IMG/VR virus record: IMGVR_UViG_3300020042_004131
Location: 1 to 26,083 of that record
Direction: 5' to 3' (one strand)
Length of the DNA stretch: 26,083 bases
Source of the DNA: a virus
Taxonomy: Duplodnaviria > Caudoviricetes
In this document: positions 26,082-26,083 of the stretch, piece by piece
Position numbering within the stretch: the stretch's first letter is position 1
Layout: every line of letters starts with the position of its first letter
Notes under the pieces: model-generated
The model's input: only the letters and a program-made list of their open reading frames with translations
Told to the model about the DNA's origin: nothing
The model's database searches: none
Program-made: the position numbers and the translations under genes

Positions 26082-26083
26082 CG

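Overview
26 kb of a tailed dsDNA phage late (morphogenesis) region, podovirus-like, with every supportable gene on the minus strand and tightly packed. In transcription order (right to left): terminase large subunit (partial, with an in-frame TAA), a 49-aa basic protein, P22-type portal, Dps/ferritin-like protein, a 91-aa protein, two fibre-plus-tip cassettes (one tip has five LamG-like domains, the other is a beta-propeller), a lysis cluster (GH108 endolysin, three holin-like genes) interrupted by a moron-like acidic gene, adaptor/tail/nozzle genes, a GT60-family (Gnt1/TcOGNT-like) GlcNAc transferase, and a giant ORF of at least 1887 aa missing from the ORF track. That ORF carries a Gly/Ala hydrophobic region, five ~90-aa repeats and mucin-like Thr/Pro (TTKP, TVT) arrays. 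The best candidate for a new system is the GT60 plus mucin-like protein pair, i.e. possible phage-encoded mucin-type O-GlcNAc glycosylation of a virion protein. No scaffold or capsid gene is recognisable. All family calls come from motif recognition, not database searches.
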